A stretch of 64,000 nt of DNA from Armatimonadota bacterium (lineage in GTDB: Bacteria; Armatimonadota; UBA5829; DTLH01), in the NCBI GenBank assembly GCA_038207085.1, contig JBBRAE010000008.1:32001-96000 (forward strand), written 5' to 3'. A program made the position numbers and the translations under genes. Below are positions 9,571-18,417 of this stretch, in pieces. The notes beneath the pieces were generated by a model, which was not told where the DNA came from, ran no database searches, and saw only the letters and a list, made by a program, of their open reading frames with translations. Position 1 is the first letter of the stretch, and each line of letters starts with the position of its first letter.

Positions 9571-10320
9571 TTGTCAGGTCATTCAAAGTGGCATAATATC
9601 AGACTTCGCAAAGGAAAACAGGACGCGGAGCGCGGTAAGGTTTTTACCAAACTCGCACGCGAGATCATAGTCGCGGCCAAAGCTGGAGGCGGCAACATCG
9701 ATGCTAACCTCAGGCTTCGCCTGGCTATCGGCAAAGCCCGCGATTCCAGCATGCCAGCGGACAACATCAAGCGAGCAATCCTGCGCGGAACCGGCGAGCT
9801 CGAAGGCGTCAACTACGAAGAGATTACCTATGAAGGTTATGCTCCGGGCGGCGTCGCGGTGCTTGTGCAGTGTCTTACAGATAACCGCAACCGCACCGTC
9901 GCTGAACTGAGAAACGTGTTCGGCAAGGTCGGCGGAAGCCTTGGTGAGACAGGATGCGTCGGCTGGATGTTCGACCAGAAGGGCGTCGTGGAGATTCCCG
10001 CTGAAGGCAACGATGAGGAGTCTATTATGATGACGACTCTCGACGCCGGAGCCGAGGACATCAAAGTCGATGACGAAACCATCGAGATTACGAGCAAACC
10101 CGAAGACCTCAACGCTGTAAGAGAAGCGCTGGAAGCCGCGGGGATCAAGTTCATCTCAGCTGAGGTCGCGATGGTCCCGCAGACCACCGTGTCCGTCAAC
10201 GCGAAGGTAGCATCTCAGATTCTCAGGCTTATGGATCTGCTTGAGGACCTCGACGACACACAGAACGTCTACGCGAACTTCGATATTCCCGATGAAATAA
10301 TGCAGGAAGTGGCCGTCTAA
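9571..10320 (+). CDS. yebC: YebC/PmpR family protein
   Basis: 'MSGHSKWHNI', 'YEGYAPGGVA', 'TDNRNRT', 'LEDLDDTQNVYANFD'; GGAGGT RBS and TTG start. Confidence 0.97.
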   Translation: MSGHSKWHNIRLRKGKQDAERGKVFTKLAREIIVAAKAGGGNIDANLRLRLAIGKARDSSMPADNIKRAILRGTGELEGVNYEEITYEGYAPGGVAVLVQCLTDNRNRTVAELRNVFGKVGGSLGETGCVGWMFDQKGVVEIPAEGNDEESIMMTTLDAGAEDIKVDDETIEITSKPEDLNAVREALEAAGIKFISAEVAMVPQTTVSVNAKVASQILRLMDLLEDLDDTQNVYANFDIPDEIMQEVAV

Positions 10321-10347
10321 AACTGTCGCTCTGCTTAATATTGGTTC

Positions 10348-10387
10348 AAAGAAGCTGATCGGATTATTTCGGTCAGCTTCTTTTTTT
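10348..10387 (+). terminator. Rho-independent terminator
   Basis: AAAGAAGCTGATCGGA-TTAT-TTCGGTCAGCTTCTTT followed by a T-run. Confidence 0.85.
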
Positions 10388-10731
10388 GGGGTGTATACCG
10401 CTGTATGCTGCGGTGTGCCGGGCATGGCCTGATGATGGAATGCGGCCAAGTCAAGTTCCCACAGCAGTCTTCGGCGGAGGAAAGTAGCAAAGCGACAAGA
10501 AAAGATGAGTAACCAGCGTTTCCGAAATGTCTACCAGGACGGGTGAAGTCACTTCTGTAAGGCAAACGTGGCATCGTTGGCTATGGCTGCTACAACGATA
10601 GGCCAGGCCCCATCGACGTTGATCTGCCCTCTGCTGCGGGAACTTAGAGGGCGCGAGGATGATCAGTTTGTGGACAGAGGCGTTCACGCAGCTTACACAA
10701 GTCTCCGATGGAATTACTTCTTATCGCGCGC

Positions 10732-11952
10732 CTATTCGGACGCCTTGTCGCTCTTCTTCGTGCCAACAGGAGAGTTGTGGGCAGGGTAGTAGAACGGCCT
10801 TATGTTCCGGACTGCCACGGGGCAGCTTGATATAGATTCACCCGTTCGGATATCGACGGAGTATGCCGCCGGGCTCGACCCTTTGTCTCCCCATATGAAG
10901 GCATAAGGCCCAAGAAGCTCGTAGCCTCGCAGAGTGAAGTCGCTGATTTTTGCCACTAGATTGCGGTCCCCGGTGAACCAGACACGGGCCACTTCAACGA
11001 CGGGTTTGCTGCTGTCCTTCACCTGGTCAATCTCAAGGGTCTCGCTCTTGTTTAGCATAAAAGAGTCTTGGCCGGGGAATGTGTGCACGCCTACAGCTTT
11101 CCATTCCGGCCTGTCGGCTTTTGGAGATGTTTCGTAGGCGAGGGTGCGATCGGCCTTGTTGACCATTATCATCAGCGTTTCCCCGGACCATGCGATCTTG
11201 CTGGGTTGTACTCCTTCGGGCAAAGTCAGAGTCTTGGCTTTTGAGGTGTCCTTGCCCACGAGGCCTATCACGATAGTCCAGTCTGTTCCCAATTCGGGTC
11301 TGACAAATCCTGCCCACTGGTCCTCCGCGCTCGTAAACGCCGCATCGCCGAAATCAAGAGCCCCGTAGAGCAGCTTCTCTTTTCCAGGTTTATCTGCTCT
11401 GACATAAAGAAGCTCATGGGTGGAACGGGATGTTCGCCGTTTTATGATCACCACGCCCTTGTCCTGAGGATAGTAGTCCGACACTTCAGATGCGATACGA
11501 ACGCTATTAGTGCCAAGCAATGAGCACTGACACAGATCGCCGTTGAAGTTCGGGTCGTTCTCAATGGGCTGCAGGTAAAGCATAGAGTAAGACCAGGAAG
11601 AGACTGGTCCGCCGTATCTGAAGGATTTCGCACTGGTTGTGTAGAGGTACTGCGACCCTCGGGCTTCCAGAGTCACCCGCGACCCCGGAGTCTGCACCTG
11701 CGCGTACATCTTGCCGGTCTCCGGCATCCCAAGTGCTGCGCCCGGCCAAGTCGTAGCCTGTTCGTCGACCACTTTGATATCCTTGACCTGCAGCTTAAGT
11801 CTGCCTGCCAGATCCTGTTTGCACTGTGAGATAATGGGAGATTTCGCCTGCGCAATGGTCGAGGCAGGCGCGGCGGCTACTGCCACAGTGCTTCCACCCA
11901 AGGCTGCGAGCACTATCGCGGCAAGGAAACGGTTGCTGTTGCAGTTCTTCAT
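10732..11952 (-). CDS. Secreted hypothetical protein
   Basis: AGGAG RBS before ATG at 11952; signal peptide; N-terminal 'DLAGRL...WPGAALGMPETGKMYAQVQTPG' module followed by a beta-rich region. Confidence 0.75.
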   Translation of the reverse strand: MKNCNSNRFLAAIVLAALGGSTVAVAAAPASTIAQAKSPIISQCKQDLAGRLKLQVKDIKVVDEQATTWPGAALGMPETGKMYAQVQTPGSRVTLEARGSQYLYTTSAKSFRYGGPVSSWSYSMLYLQPIENDPNFNGDLCQCSLLGTNSVRIASEVSDYYPQDKGVVIIKRRTSRSTHELLYVRADKPGKEKLLYGALDFGDAAFTSAEDQWAGFVRPELGTDWTIVIGLVGKDTSKAKTLTLPEGVQPSKIAWSGETLMIMVNKADRTLAYETSPKADRPEWKAVGVHTFPGQDSFMLNKSETLEIDQVKDSSKPVVEVARVWFTGDRNLVAKISDFTLRGYELLGPYAFIWGDKGSSPAAYSVDIRTGESISSCPVAVRNIRPFYYPAHNSPVGTKKSDKASE

Positions 11953-11978
11953 TCTAGTTCTCCTGATGTTCATTATGG

Positions 11979-12059
11979 CTAACTGGCATTATTCACGAGA
12001 AGCGTGAATAATGTTCTCTTAGCAAGAGCTTTATTCGCTTCACGAATAAAGCGGGCTAA
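11979..12059. repeat. YTAR-flanked palindromic repeat, A+B doublet
   Basis: CTAA-CTGGCATTATTCACGAGAAGCGTGAATAATGTTCTC-TTAG-CAAGAGCTTTATTCGCTTCACGAATAAAGCGGG-CTAA. Confidence 0.85.
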
Positions 12060-12379
12060 CTGGCTCATCAATTATACCAGATCGCCTGATTGCTACATTG
12101 GTTTAGACCCCTGTAACAGTAAAGCCTTCAATAAATCGAGCAAACATACAGAAAAAACAATGGGTAGTAGATTTCGACGAGGACGAACGCGAACTGTGTG
12201 AGGTCGTGATAGAGAGGCAGTAACAGCCTTCCGTGACTGCATCGAAGACTGTTGGAGCCAAGCTGGCTTTGCCGCGCTCACTCCTCCGCCAATCATCTCG
12301 TAGAGCAGCTCATCGCCGTGCCCCACATCCTCCGAATATCCCCCCGCACCCTTGCCGGTTTTCTCCCCAAACACTCCCG

Positions 12380-12395
12380 TGGCACGCAATGTGCA
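12380..12395 (+). promoter_or_regulatory. Putative sigma54 (-24/-12) promoter
   Basis: TGGCACG-CAAT-GTGCA; GG-N10-GC spacing, one mismatch to TGGCACG-N4-TTGC. Confidence 0.5.
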
Positions 12396-12676
12396 TCTAA
12401 AGCCTATTGCAGGAGCGGTAGTTGAGTTCACCCTGCGTCGTTTACAGGGACAAGGAACTCTTTCGTTGCTGCAAAGTTGACCGTCTGCGCTCTTGCGCCG
12501 CCGTTCGCCGATGATTTTGCCATCTGATCACGGGTCTCATTCCCCGCTGGGTCCGGTTGCTCGTCTCTCTCACTCCGGACCCGGCCCGCCTCTCGCCAAC
12601 TCCCTGGTTTGTCTGCTATAATCTCCCGTTGGGTACATTCGTTTGCACAGCCCAATTCCCATGATGGAAGGTAGAC

Positions 12677-14206
12677 ATGAACAGCAGAACATCACTCCAA
12701 AAGCATAAGAACGGCCACCGTCTCCTGATCGACGGTCAGCCTACGATACTCCTCTCCGGCGAACTCCACAACTCGAGCGCCGCCGCGATGGTCGACGTTC
12801 GGGATAAGTTTGCTAAGCTTTCGGATTTAAACTTAAACTCCGTTATACTTTCGATTAGTTGGGAGTTAGTCGAGCCTGTAGAGGGCGGGTTCGACTTTTC
12901 CCTGATCGACGGCATCATAGAGGAGGCAAGGCTTCGCCGATTGAGACTTGTTTTCCTATGGTTTGGCACGATGAAGAACGCGATCTCCTGCTACGTCCCT
13001 GAGTGGGTGAAGACCGACACTACACGCTTCTTCCGAGCCGAGGGCACGCCGGGGCAGGGGAGCTGGACCGTTTCGCCGTTCTGTCGCGAGGCGATGGAGT
13101 GCGACGCCCGCGCCTTTGCCGCCGTAATGCGCCATATCCGAGAGTATGACTCCGAGCACGGCACGGTAATTATGATGCAGGTCGAGAACGAGTCCGGTAT
13201 CCTGCGTGCTACCCGCGACTTTTCACCCGCTGGCGAAGCTGCGTTCCATTCCCAGGCGCCAACAGATCTGACCGATTATCTGTCGACTCACTCTGATGAT
13301 CTTATTCCCGAGTTTGCCGACATCTGGAAGGCGATGGGTTCGCGCACCGAAGGCACATGGTCCGAGGTTTTCGGTCGCGACGCCGATGAGGTCTTCATGG
13401 GCTGGTACATCGCAAGTTTCATCGAGCACGTCACTGCCGCCGGTCGCGCCGAGTATGATATCCCGATGTTCGCCAACGCCTGGCTGATCGCTGGCCCTGG
13501 GTATCTTCCGGGCCAGTATCCAAGCGGCGGCCCGGTATCGAAGTTGATGGACGTCTGGCGCGCCGCCGCCCCAAGCATCGACTTCATCGCACCCGACATC
13601 TATTCTCCCGAGTTCAGAGAGCACTGCGCCTCCTACACCCAAAGTGGCAACCCGCTCTTCATTCCAGAGGCCCAGAACGGCCCACTCGCCGCCGCGAACG
13701 CGCTCTATGCCATCGGTCGGCATGATGCTATCTGCTTCTCACCGTTCGCGATCGACGACATCGCCACGGATCACCCCCTGGGTGAGACCTACCGGATGCT
13801 TACTGAGATGATGCCCCTAGTCGCCGGCGCATACGGCGAAAGCCAACTAACGGGGTTCGTCCAGCAGTCTGATGAGGAGCGCTTCAGCGAAGGGCTCGCA
13901 GGCTATCGATTCAACGCCCGGACCAACAAACCCCTAGCCGAGGTCACCGTCCCCGGAAGCTGTCTGATCCTATCAATAGGAAACGACGAGTTCTTCTGCA
14001 TCGGCTACAACCTGACAATCACCTTCGACTCGCTCGACCAGAGCAAGAACACCGCCGCAATCGTCTGGCTCGATGAAGGCGAGTTCAAGGACGCCAATTG
14101 GCACCCCATTCGCAGGCTAAACGGCGACGAAACCTTCCACGGCACAGGAGTCCAGCTAACAGACAAGCTCACTGTCTGCAAGTTCAAGCTCCACGCGCAT
14201 AAGTAG
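12677..14206 (+). CDS. GH35/GH42-like beta-galactosidase family protein with a DUF5597-type C-terminus
   Basis: 'LSGELHNSSA', 'SWELVEPVEGGFDFS', 'MMQVENE', 'YPSGGP', 'APDIY', 'NPLFIPEA', 'RRLNGDET'. Confidence 0.85.
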   Translation: MNSRTSLQKHKNGHRLLIDGQPTILLSGELHNSSAAAMVDVRDKFAKLSDLNLNSVILSISWELVEPVEGGFDFSLIDGIIEEARLRRLRLVFLWFGTMKNAISCYVPEWVKTDTTRFFRAEGTPGQGSWTVSPFCREAMECDARAFAAVMRHIREYDSEHGTVIMMQVENESGILRATRDFSPAGEAAFHSQAPTDLTDYLSTHSDDLIPEFADIWKAMGSRTEGTWSEVFGRDADEVFMGWYIASFIEHVTAAGRAEYDIPMFANAWLIAGPGYLPGQYPSGGPVSKLMDVWRAAAPSIDFIAPDIYSPEFREHCASYTQSGNPLFIPEAQNGPLAAANALYAIGRHDAICFSPFAIDDIATDHPLGETYRMLTEMMPLVAGAYGESQLTGFVQQSDEERFSEGLAGYRFNARTNKPLAEVTVPGSCLILSIGNDEFFCIGYNLTITFDSLDQSKNTAAIVWLDEGEFKDANWHPIRRLNGDETFHGTGVQLTDKLTVCKFKLHAHK

Positions 14207-14296
14207 ATTCTAAGAATGATGGCCGGAGAGATTCCTCCCCGGCCCCGCTATCCAGGGCATCTGCCCTACCACCCAACACAATACCAATCCCCTTTC

Positions 14297-14326
14297 TTGA
14301 CTAAATGGTCCAATATGCTCTATCGT
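14297..14326 (+). promoter_or_regulatory. Putative promoter of the Rh50 gene
   Basis: TTGACTAAA-N9-ATGCTCTATCGT; nearly the same motif occurs at 15810. Confidence 0.55.
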
Positions 14327-14469
14327 ATTTCAGGTACGTTTCTGCTAAATTTCCTGCATGTTACGTGCGGCTCAGTGAGTGTGAGCAGAGTCGCACGTTA
14401 TCCAGTTTCCATGACCAAGCCAAGTGCGGATTATTCTGCACCCATATCACTGTCTGGAAAGGATCAACT

Positions 14470-15690
14470 GTGTTAAAAAAGAGCTTTGGGCTGATCGTGG
14501 CGAGCCTTGCCTTCTCGCTTTTGGGGCTGAGTATTGCCTGGGCCGGTGAGGCCGGATCGAGCGCCCTCAGCAGCAACCTGAGACAGGTGGAGCAGTACAA
14601 CTTCTCCATCCATATCCTGGCGATGCTGCTTGTCGGCTTCGGCTTCTTGATGGTATTTGTCAGGAACTATGGTTACAGCGCCACGGCCGGCACATATATG
14701 GTAGTCGGTGTTGGCCTTCCACTCTATATGCTGCTCCGGTCCACTGGAGTCATCAGCGCGGAGGCGGTGACTGCTGATTCGATCAAGGCTCTGCTTCTGG
14801 CCGAGTTCGCGTGTGCGGCTGCCTTGATCGCTATGGGAGCCGTTCTCGGTCGGCTCCGTATCTACCAGTATGCCATTTTGGCAGCTCTGGTTGTTCCGAT
14901 GTATATGTTAAACGAGTGGCTGGTGCTCGACGGCGGTCTGGGAGTCACCAAAGGCTTCGTAGATTCCGCCGGTTCAATCGTCATACACGCATTTGGCGCG
15001 TACTTCGGTTTGGGCCTGACCATCGCATTGACGAGCCGCCTTCACCGTGAGCTGATTGTTGAGAGCGACCCCACGTCCGACCGTTTCTCCATGCTCGGGT
15101 CTATGGTGCTGTGGATGTTCTGGCCGAGCTTCTGCTGCGCGGTGGTTCCTTCTGAGCAAATGCCGCACACCGCAGTAAACACTATATTGGCTCTGTGCGG
15201 AGCGACGGTTATCACATATATAATGAGCAGCCTACTTCGCAAGGGACAGCCTTCCATCGCCGATATGGCCAATGCCGCTCTTGCGGGCGGTGTAGCCATC
15301 GGGGCTACGTGCAACCTGGTGTCAGCTCCGGGCGCATTTGGAATCGGGTTGTTGGCGGGTGCGATATGCGTAATAGGATACGTCTTCGTCCAGCCGAGGC
15401 TTCAGGCTCTGCTTAAGGGAGTAGATACCTGTGGTGTGCACAACCTCCACGGAATGCCTGGTCTGCTTGGTGGGATAGCCGCGATATTCGTGGTTCCGGG
15501 AATCATGCGAGCCCAGGTGACGGGTATTGCCGTTACTGTAGCCATCGCTTTCATCAGTGGGCTTGTAGGCGGCTATATTATCAAAGCCACCGGTTCGAAG
15601 AAGTCCGCCTATGAGGACAGCGACGAGTTCGGCTGCGAGATTCTGGTTCCGTCCGAAATCGTGACCAGCGCATCGCCTAAGCTTCGCTAG
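14470..15690 (+). CDS. Rhesus (Rh50)-type ammonium/ammonia channel
   Basis: AAGGA RBS and GTG at 14470; 'YNFSIHILAMLLVGFGFLMVFVRNYGYSA' Rh-type N-terminus; twin-His motifs 'IVIHAFGAYFG' and 'DTCGVHNLHG'. Confidence 0.9.
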   Translation: MLKKSFGLIVASLAFSLLGLSIAWAGEAGSSALSSNLRQVEQYNFSIHILAMLLVGFGFLMVFVRNYGYSATAGTYMVVGVGLPLYMLLRSTGVISAEAVTADSIKALLLAEFACAAALIAMGAVLGRLRIYQYAILAALVVPMYMLNEWLVLDGGLGVTKGFVDSAGSIVIHAFGAYFGLGLTIALTSRLHRELIVESDPTSDRFSMLGSMVLWMFWPSFCCAVVPSEQMPHTAVNTILALCGATVITYIMSSLLRKGQPSIADMANAALAGGVAIGATCNLVSAPGAFGIGLLAGAICVIGYVFVQPRLQALLKGVDTCGVHNLHGMPGLLGGIAAIFVVPGIMRAQVTGIAVTVAIAFISGLVGGYIIKATGSKKSAYEDSDEFGCEILVPSEIVTSASPKLR

Positions 15691-15727
15691 TCCGCTATAT
15701 TCGTGAAGCGAATAAAGCTCTCGCTAG
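15687..15727. repeat. YTAR-flanked palindromic repeat, type B unit (inverted), on the stop codon of the Rh50 gene
   Basis: CTAG-TCCGCTATATTCGTGAAGCGAATAAAGCTCTCG-CTAG. Confidence 0.85.
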
Positions 15728-15748
15728 GCGGCATCGATCCAGGCTTGT

Positions 15749-15778
15749 CCGGGAGGCGATATCCTCATCGCCTCCCGG
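15749..15778. repeat. GC-rich hairpin (REP-like or terminator)
   Basis: CCGGGAGGCGAT-ATCCTC-ATCGCCTCCCGG; shares the GGCGAT..ATCGCC core with the hairpin at 36044. Confidence 0.5.
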
Positions 15779-15809
15779 TCCAACTTCACTACGAAACTCA
15801 AAGCCAATA

Positions 15810-15839
15810 TTGACTAAAGAGCCGGGCATGCTCTATTGT
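15810..15839 (+). promoter_or_regulatory. Putative promoter of the HI0933-family gene
   Basis: TTGACTAAA-N9-ATGCTCTATTGT. Confidence 0.55.
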
Positions 15840-15893
15840 GGTTCTGAGTGATTGCAGCAATACGTGTGTTAGGATAACAAGCGAGGGTAGTGA

Positions 15894-17114
15894 ATGAATA
15901 AGTATGATGTCGCGATAATCGGGGCCGGTCCTGCCGGGATGACGGCAGCCATCACCGCTTCAGGCAATGGAAAGCGCGTCGCCCTGATCGATAGAAATCC
16001 TCAGCTTGGCAGAAAGCTCCTGGCGACCGGCAACGGACGCTGCAATCTGACCAACCAATACGTTACCCTCGACCGATATCACGACGCCAACCCAGAGTTC
16101 ATAGAAACCGTGCTTACCGGCTTCGATCAACGCGCAACATTGGAGTTCTTCCAAGACCTGGGGCTTGTCGTGAAAGAGGAGTCCAACGGCAGAATATTCC
16201 CCCGGACTAACCAGGCATCAAGCGTCGTCGAAGTCCTCAGGCAGCGACTTGCCCGAAACAACGTCGACGTTCTGCTCGATACGCAGGTTGTAGGAATCGC
16301 CAAATCATCTTTTTGGAACATATCCCTAAACAGCGAAAGAACGATCCAATCTGCCAAATTGATCATAGCAGCCGGGGGAAGAGCCGCTCACCATTTTGGC
16401 TCCACCGGTGACGGGCTTTACTGGGCTACCAAGCTTGGGCACTCCCTAACCCCAATTCATGCTGCTCTGGTCCCTATTGAGATCGTTGAGCAGTGGCCGA
16501 AGCGTGTTCAGGGAATCAAGGTTGAAGCCGGAGCCTGGGCAACGAGCGGCGGCGAGAGAATCTGTGAAAGCGCCGGGGACGTTCTTTTTACAAGTTACGG
16601 AGTCTCGGGCCCTGCCGTTATGGCGCTTGCCCGAATTATCGCTCCTCTGCTTAAGACATCCCGCGTGCAGATCCACATCGATCTGTTTCCTGATATGACG
16701 GACGAACAGTTGGATCAGATATTACTGCGCATTATTGCCAGTGATGACAAGAAGACGCTCAAAGCTGCTTTGGTCGGCCTATTGCCAAGCGGCCTGATCC
16801 CCGTTATCATCAGTCTTGCCGGGCTTGCTGAAGCCGATCGAGTTGCTGCAATCCCGATGAGCAATCGGCTGGACGTCGTAAAGACTCTAAAGGACCTGAC
16901 TCTCACCGTCTCAAAGTTACGACCACTGAAAGAGGCCCAAGTCACAGCAGGCGGCATAAACAGCGACGAGGTAGACCCTCGTTCTTTGCAGTCAAAGCTC
17001 GTAAAGGGCCTATACTTTGCCGGTGAGGTGTTGGATGTTGACGGCGATTCCGGTGGGTTCAACCTGCAGTGGGCTTGGTCCAGCGGCTATGTCGCGGGCC
17101 TGACCGCTGATTAG
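15894..17114 (+). CDS. HI0933/YhiN (BaiN/RdsA-like) family flavoprotein
   Basis: 'IIGAGPAG', 'GRKLLATGNGRCNLTN', 'GRIFP', 'GSTGDG', 'AQVTAGG', 'GGFNLQWAWSSG'. Confidence 0.93.
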   Translation: MNKYDVAIIGAGPAGMTAAITASGNGKRVALIDRNPQLGRKLLATGNGRCNLTNQYVTLDRYHDANPEFIETVLTGFDQRATLEFFQDLGLVVKEESNGRIFPRTNQASSVVEVLRQRLARNNVDVLLDTQVVGIAKSSFWNISLNSERTIQSAKLIIAAGGRAAHHFGSTGDGLYWATKLGHSLTPIHAALVPIEIVEQWPKRVQGIKVEAGAWATSGGERICESAGDVLFTSYGVSGPAVMALARIIAPLLKTSRVQIHIDLFPDMTDEQLDQILLRIIASDDKKTLKAALVGLLPSGLIPVIISLAGLAEADRVAAIPMSNRLDVVKTLKDLTLTVSKLRPLKEAQVTAGGINSDEVDPRSLQSKLVKGLYFAGEVLDVDGDSGGFNLQWAWSSGYVAGLTAD

Positions 17115-17177
17115 CCCGCCCCTTGATTTGTCCAAACACAAGGACATTTCGCCTCCGGCGTCTAAGTATTAACTGAT

Positions 17178-17957
17178 ATGACAACACAGAATACAACCAA
17201 GAAGACATATCTACTGGACATGGACGGCGTGCTCGTCCGCGGTCGCAAGCCAATCCCCGGCGCGCAGGAGTTCATCGCGCGCCTGACCTCAAACGGCAAT
17301 CCGTTTCTGGTCTTGACGAACAACCCGATGTATACTCAGCGCGATCTCCAGCACCGCCTGCAGTCCGAGGGCTTGAACGTCTCCGCCGACCACCTCTTCA
17401 CTTCGGCGATGGCGACCGCGAAGTTCCTGCACACCCAGCGGCCCGACGGCACCGCGTTTGTAATCGGCGAAACCGGCCTCACGCAGGCGCTGCACGAGAT
17501 CGGCTACGTGCTCACAAGCCGGGACCCCGACTACGTTGTCCTCGGTGAGACGACTTTCTACAATTTCGAGCTGATCAGCAAAGCGATCCAACTAGTAGCC
17601 GCTGGTGCAAGTTTCATCGCGACCAATCCCGACCCGACCGGCCCAAGCGAGCGAGGAATCCTTCCCGCGTGCGGCGCGATGGCAGCCTTGATCGCCAAAG
17701 CGACGGGTGTCGCCCCATATTTCGTCGGCAAACCCAACCCTCTTATGATGCGAAGTGCGCTTCGATACCTCGGCGCTCACTCTGAGATGACCGTTATGGT
17801 CGGCGACCGTATGGACACCGACGTCGTAGCTGGAATGGAAAGCGGCCTTGAGACGATACTCGTTCTCTCGGGTGTAACGACCGCTGAGGAAGTAAGCCGC
17901 TACCCGTATCTGCCGACGCGAGTGCTGGGTTCCGTCGCCGAGATCGAGATAGAGTAG
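17178..17957 (+). CDS. nagD: HAD-IIA family hydrolase (NagD-like)
   Basis: 'LLDMDGVL', 'LTNN', 'IATNPD', 'GKPNP', 'VGDRMDTD', 'LVLSGVT'. Confidence 0.9.
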   Translation: MTTQNTTKKTYLLDMDGVLVRGRKPIPGAQEFIARLTSNGNPFLVLTNNPMYTQRDLQHRLQSEGLNVSADHLFTSAMATAKFLHTQRPDGTAFVIGETGLTQALHEIGYVLTSRDPDYVVLGETTFYNFELISKAIQLVAAGASFIATNPDPTGPSERGILPACGAMAALIAKATGVAPYFVGKPNPLMMRSALRYLGAHSEMTVMVGDRMDTDVVAGMESGLETILVLSGVTTAEEVSRYPYLPTRVLGSVAEIEIE

Positions 17958-17967
17958 GGGATGTGAG

Positions 17968-18168
17968 ATGTCGATCGCCCCGTCCCCCGGAGACATCGCC
18001 CGAATGCGCAAGGCTCACCCCTGCGGCGGCTTTGAGTGGGAAATAACCGGCGCAGGCGCCGACATCCGAATGAAATGCCTGACCTGTGGCCGCCGAGTGA
18101 CCCTGGACCGCGAAACATTCGCCCGCCGCGCACAATCTACAAGAAAACCCAAAGAACCAAGCTCATAA
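17968..18168 (+). CDS. DUF951 family small zinc-binding protein
   Basis: 'GDIARMRKAHPCGGFEWEITGAGADIRMKCLTCGRRV'. Confidence 0.85.
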   Translation: MSIAPSPGDIARMRKAHPCGGFEWEITGAGADIRMKCLTCGRRVTLDRETFARRAQSTRKPKEPSS

Positions 18169-18170
18169 TA

Positions 18171-18199
18171 TTGACGTTTCTCTGCAACTAAGCTATAAT
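18171..18199 (+). promoter_or_regulatory. Sigma70 promoter of tRNA-Pro
   Basis: TTGACG-N17-TATAAT. Confidence 0.85.
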
Positions 18200-18210
18200 A
18201 AAGTCGCTGT

Positions 18211-18287
18211 CGGGGAGTAGCGCAGTTTGGTAGCGCACCTGTATGGGGTGCAGGGGGTCGCCGGTTCAAATCCTGTCTCCCCGACCA
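18211..18287 (+). tRNA. tRNA-Pro (GGG)
   Basis: Cloverleaf CGGGGAG...CTCCCCG ACCA; anticodon arm CCTGT-ATGGGGT-GCAGG; T-loop GGTTCAAATCC. Confidence 0.97.
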
Positions 18288-18291
18288 CAGC

Positions 18292-18327
18292 AAGGGCCGC
18301 CTGAGTCAATTCTCAGGCGGCCCTTTT
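18292..18327 (+). terminator. Rho-independent terminator
   Basis: AAGGGCCGCCTGAG...CTCAGGCGGCCCTTTT. Confidence 0.85.
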
Positions 18328-18417
18328 CTATGACCATTTGACCACTACTTACCAGCAGCACAGACACGCATAGCATCTGCGGAGGCTGCTGGCCAAGCCA
18401 ACGTCTTAGTGGGGTCG

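Noticed and set aside
10390..10730. Short ORFs or an ncRNA downstream of yebC
   Set aside because: No RBS, recognisable motif or convincing fold; probably degenerate sequence
11979..12059. Repeat doublets read as a mini CRISPR array
   Set aside because: The units abut with no unique spacers, are dispersed across the window, and no cas genes are present
12060..12370. Gene fragments (e.g. '...QWVVDFDEDERELCEVVIERQ*') and ORF 12093-12431
   Set aside because: No start or RBS and no family recognised; too weak to call
14305..14469. N-terminal extensions from the ORF track (Rh50 14305; also 37499, 23965, 33398, 55125, 62368)
   Set aside because: Family-typical N-termini, usually with an RBS, begin at downstream starts; several extensions run through promoters or repeats
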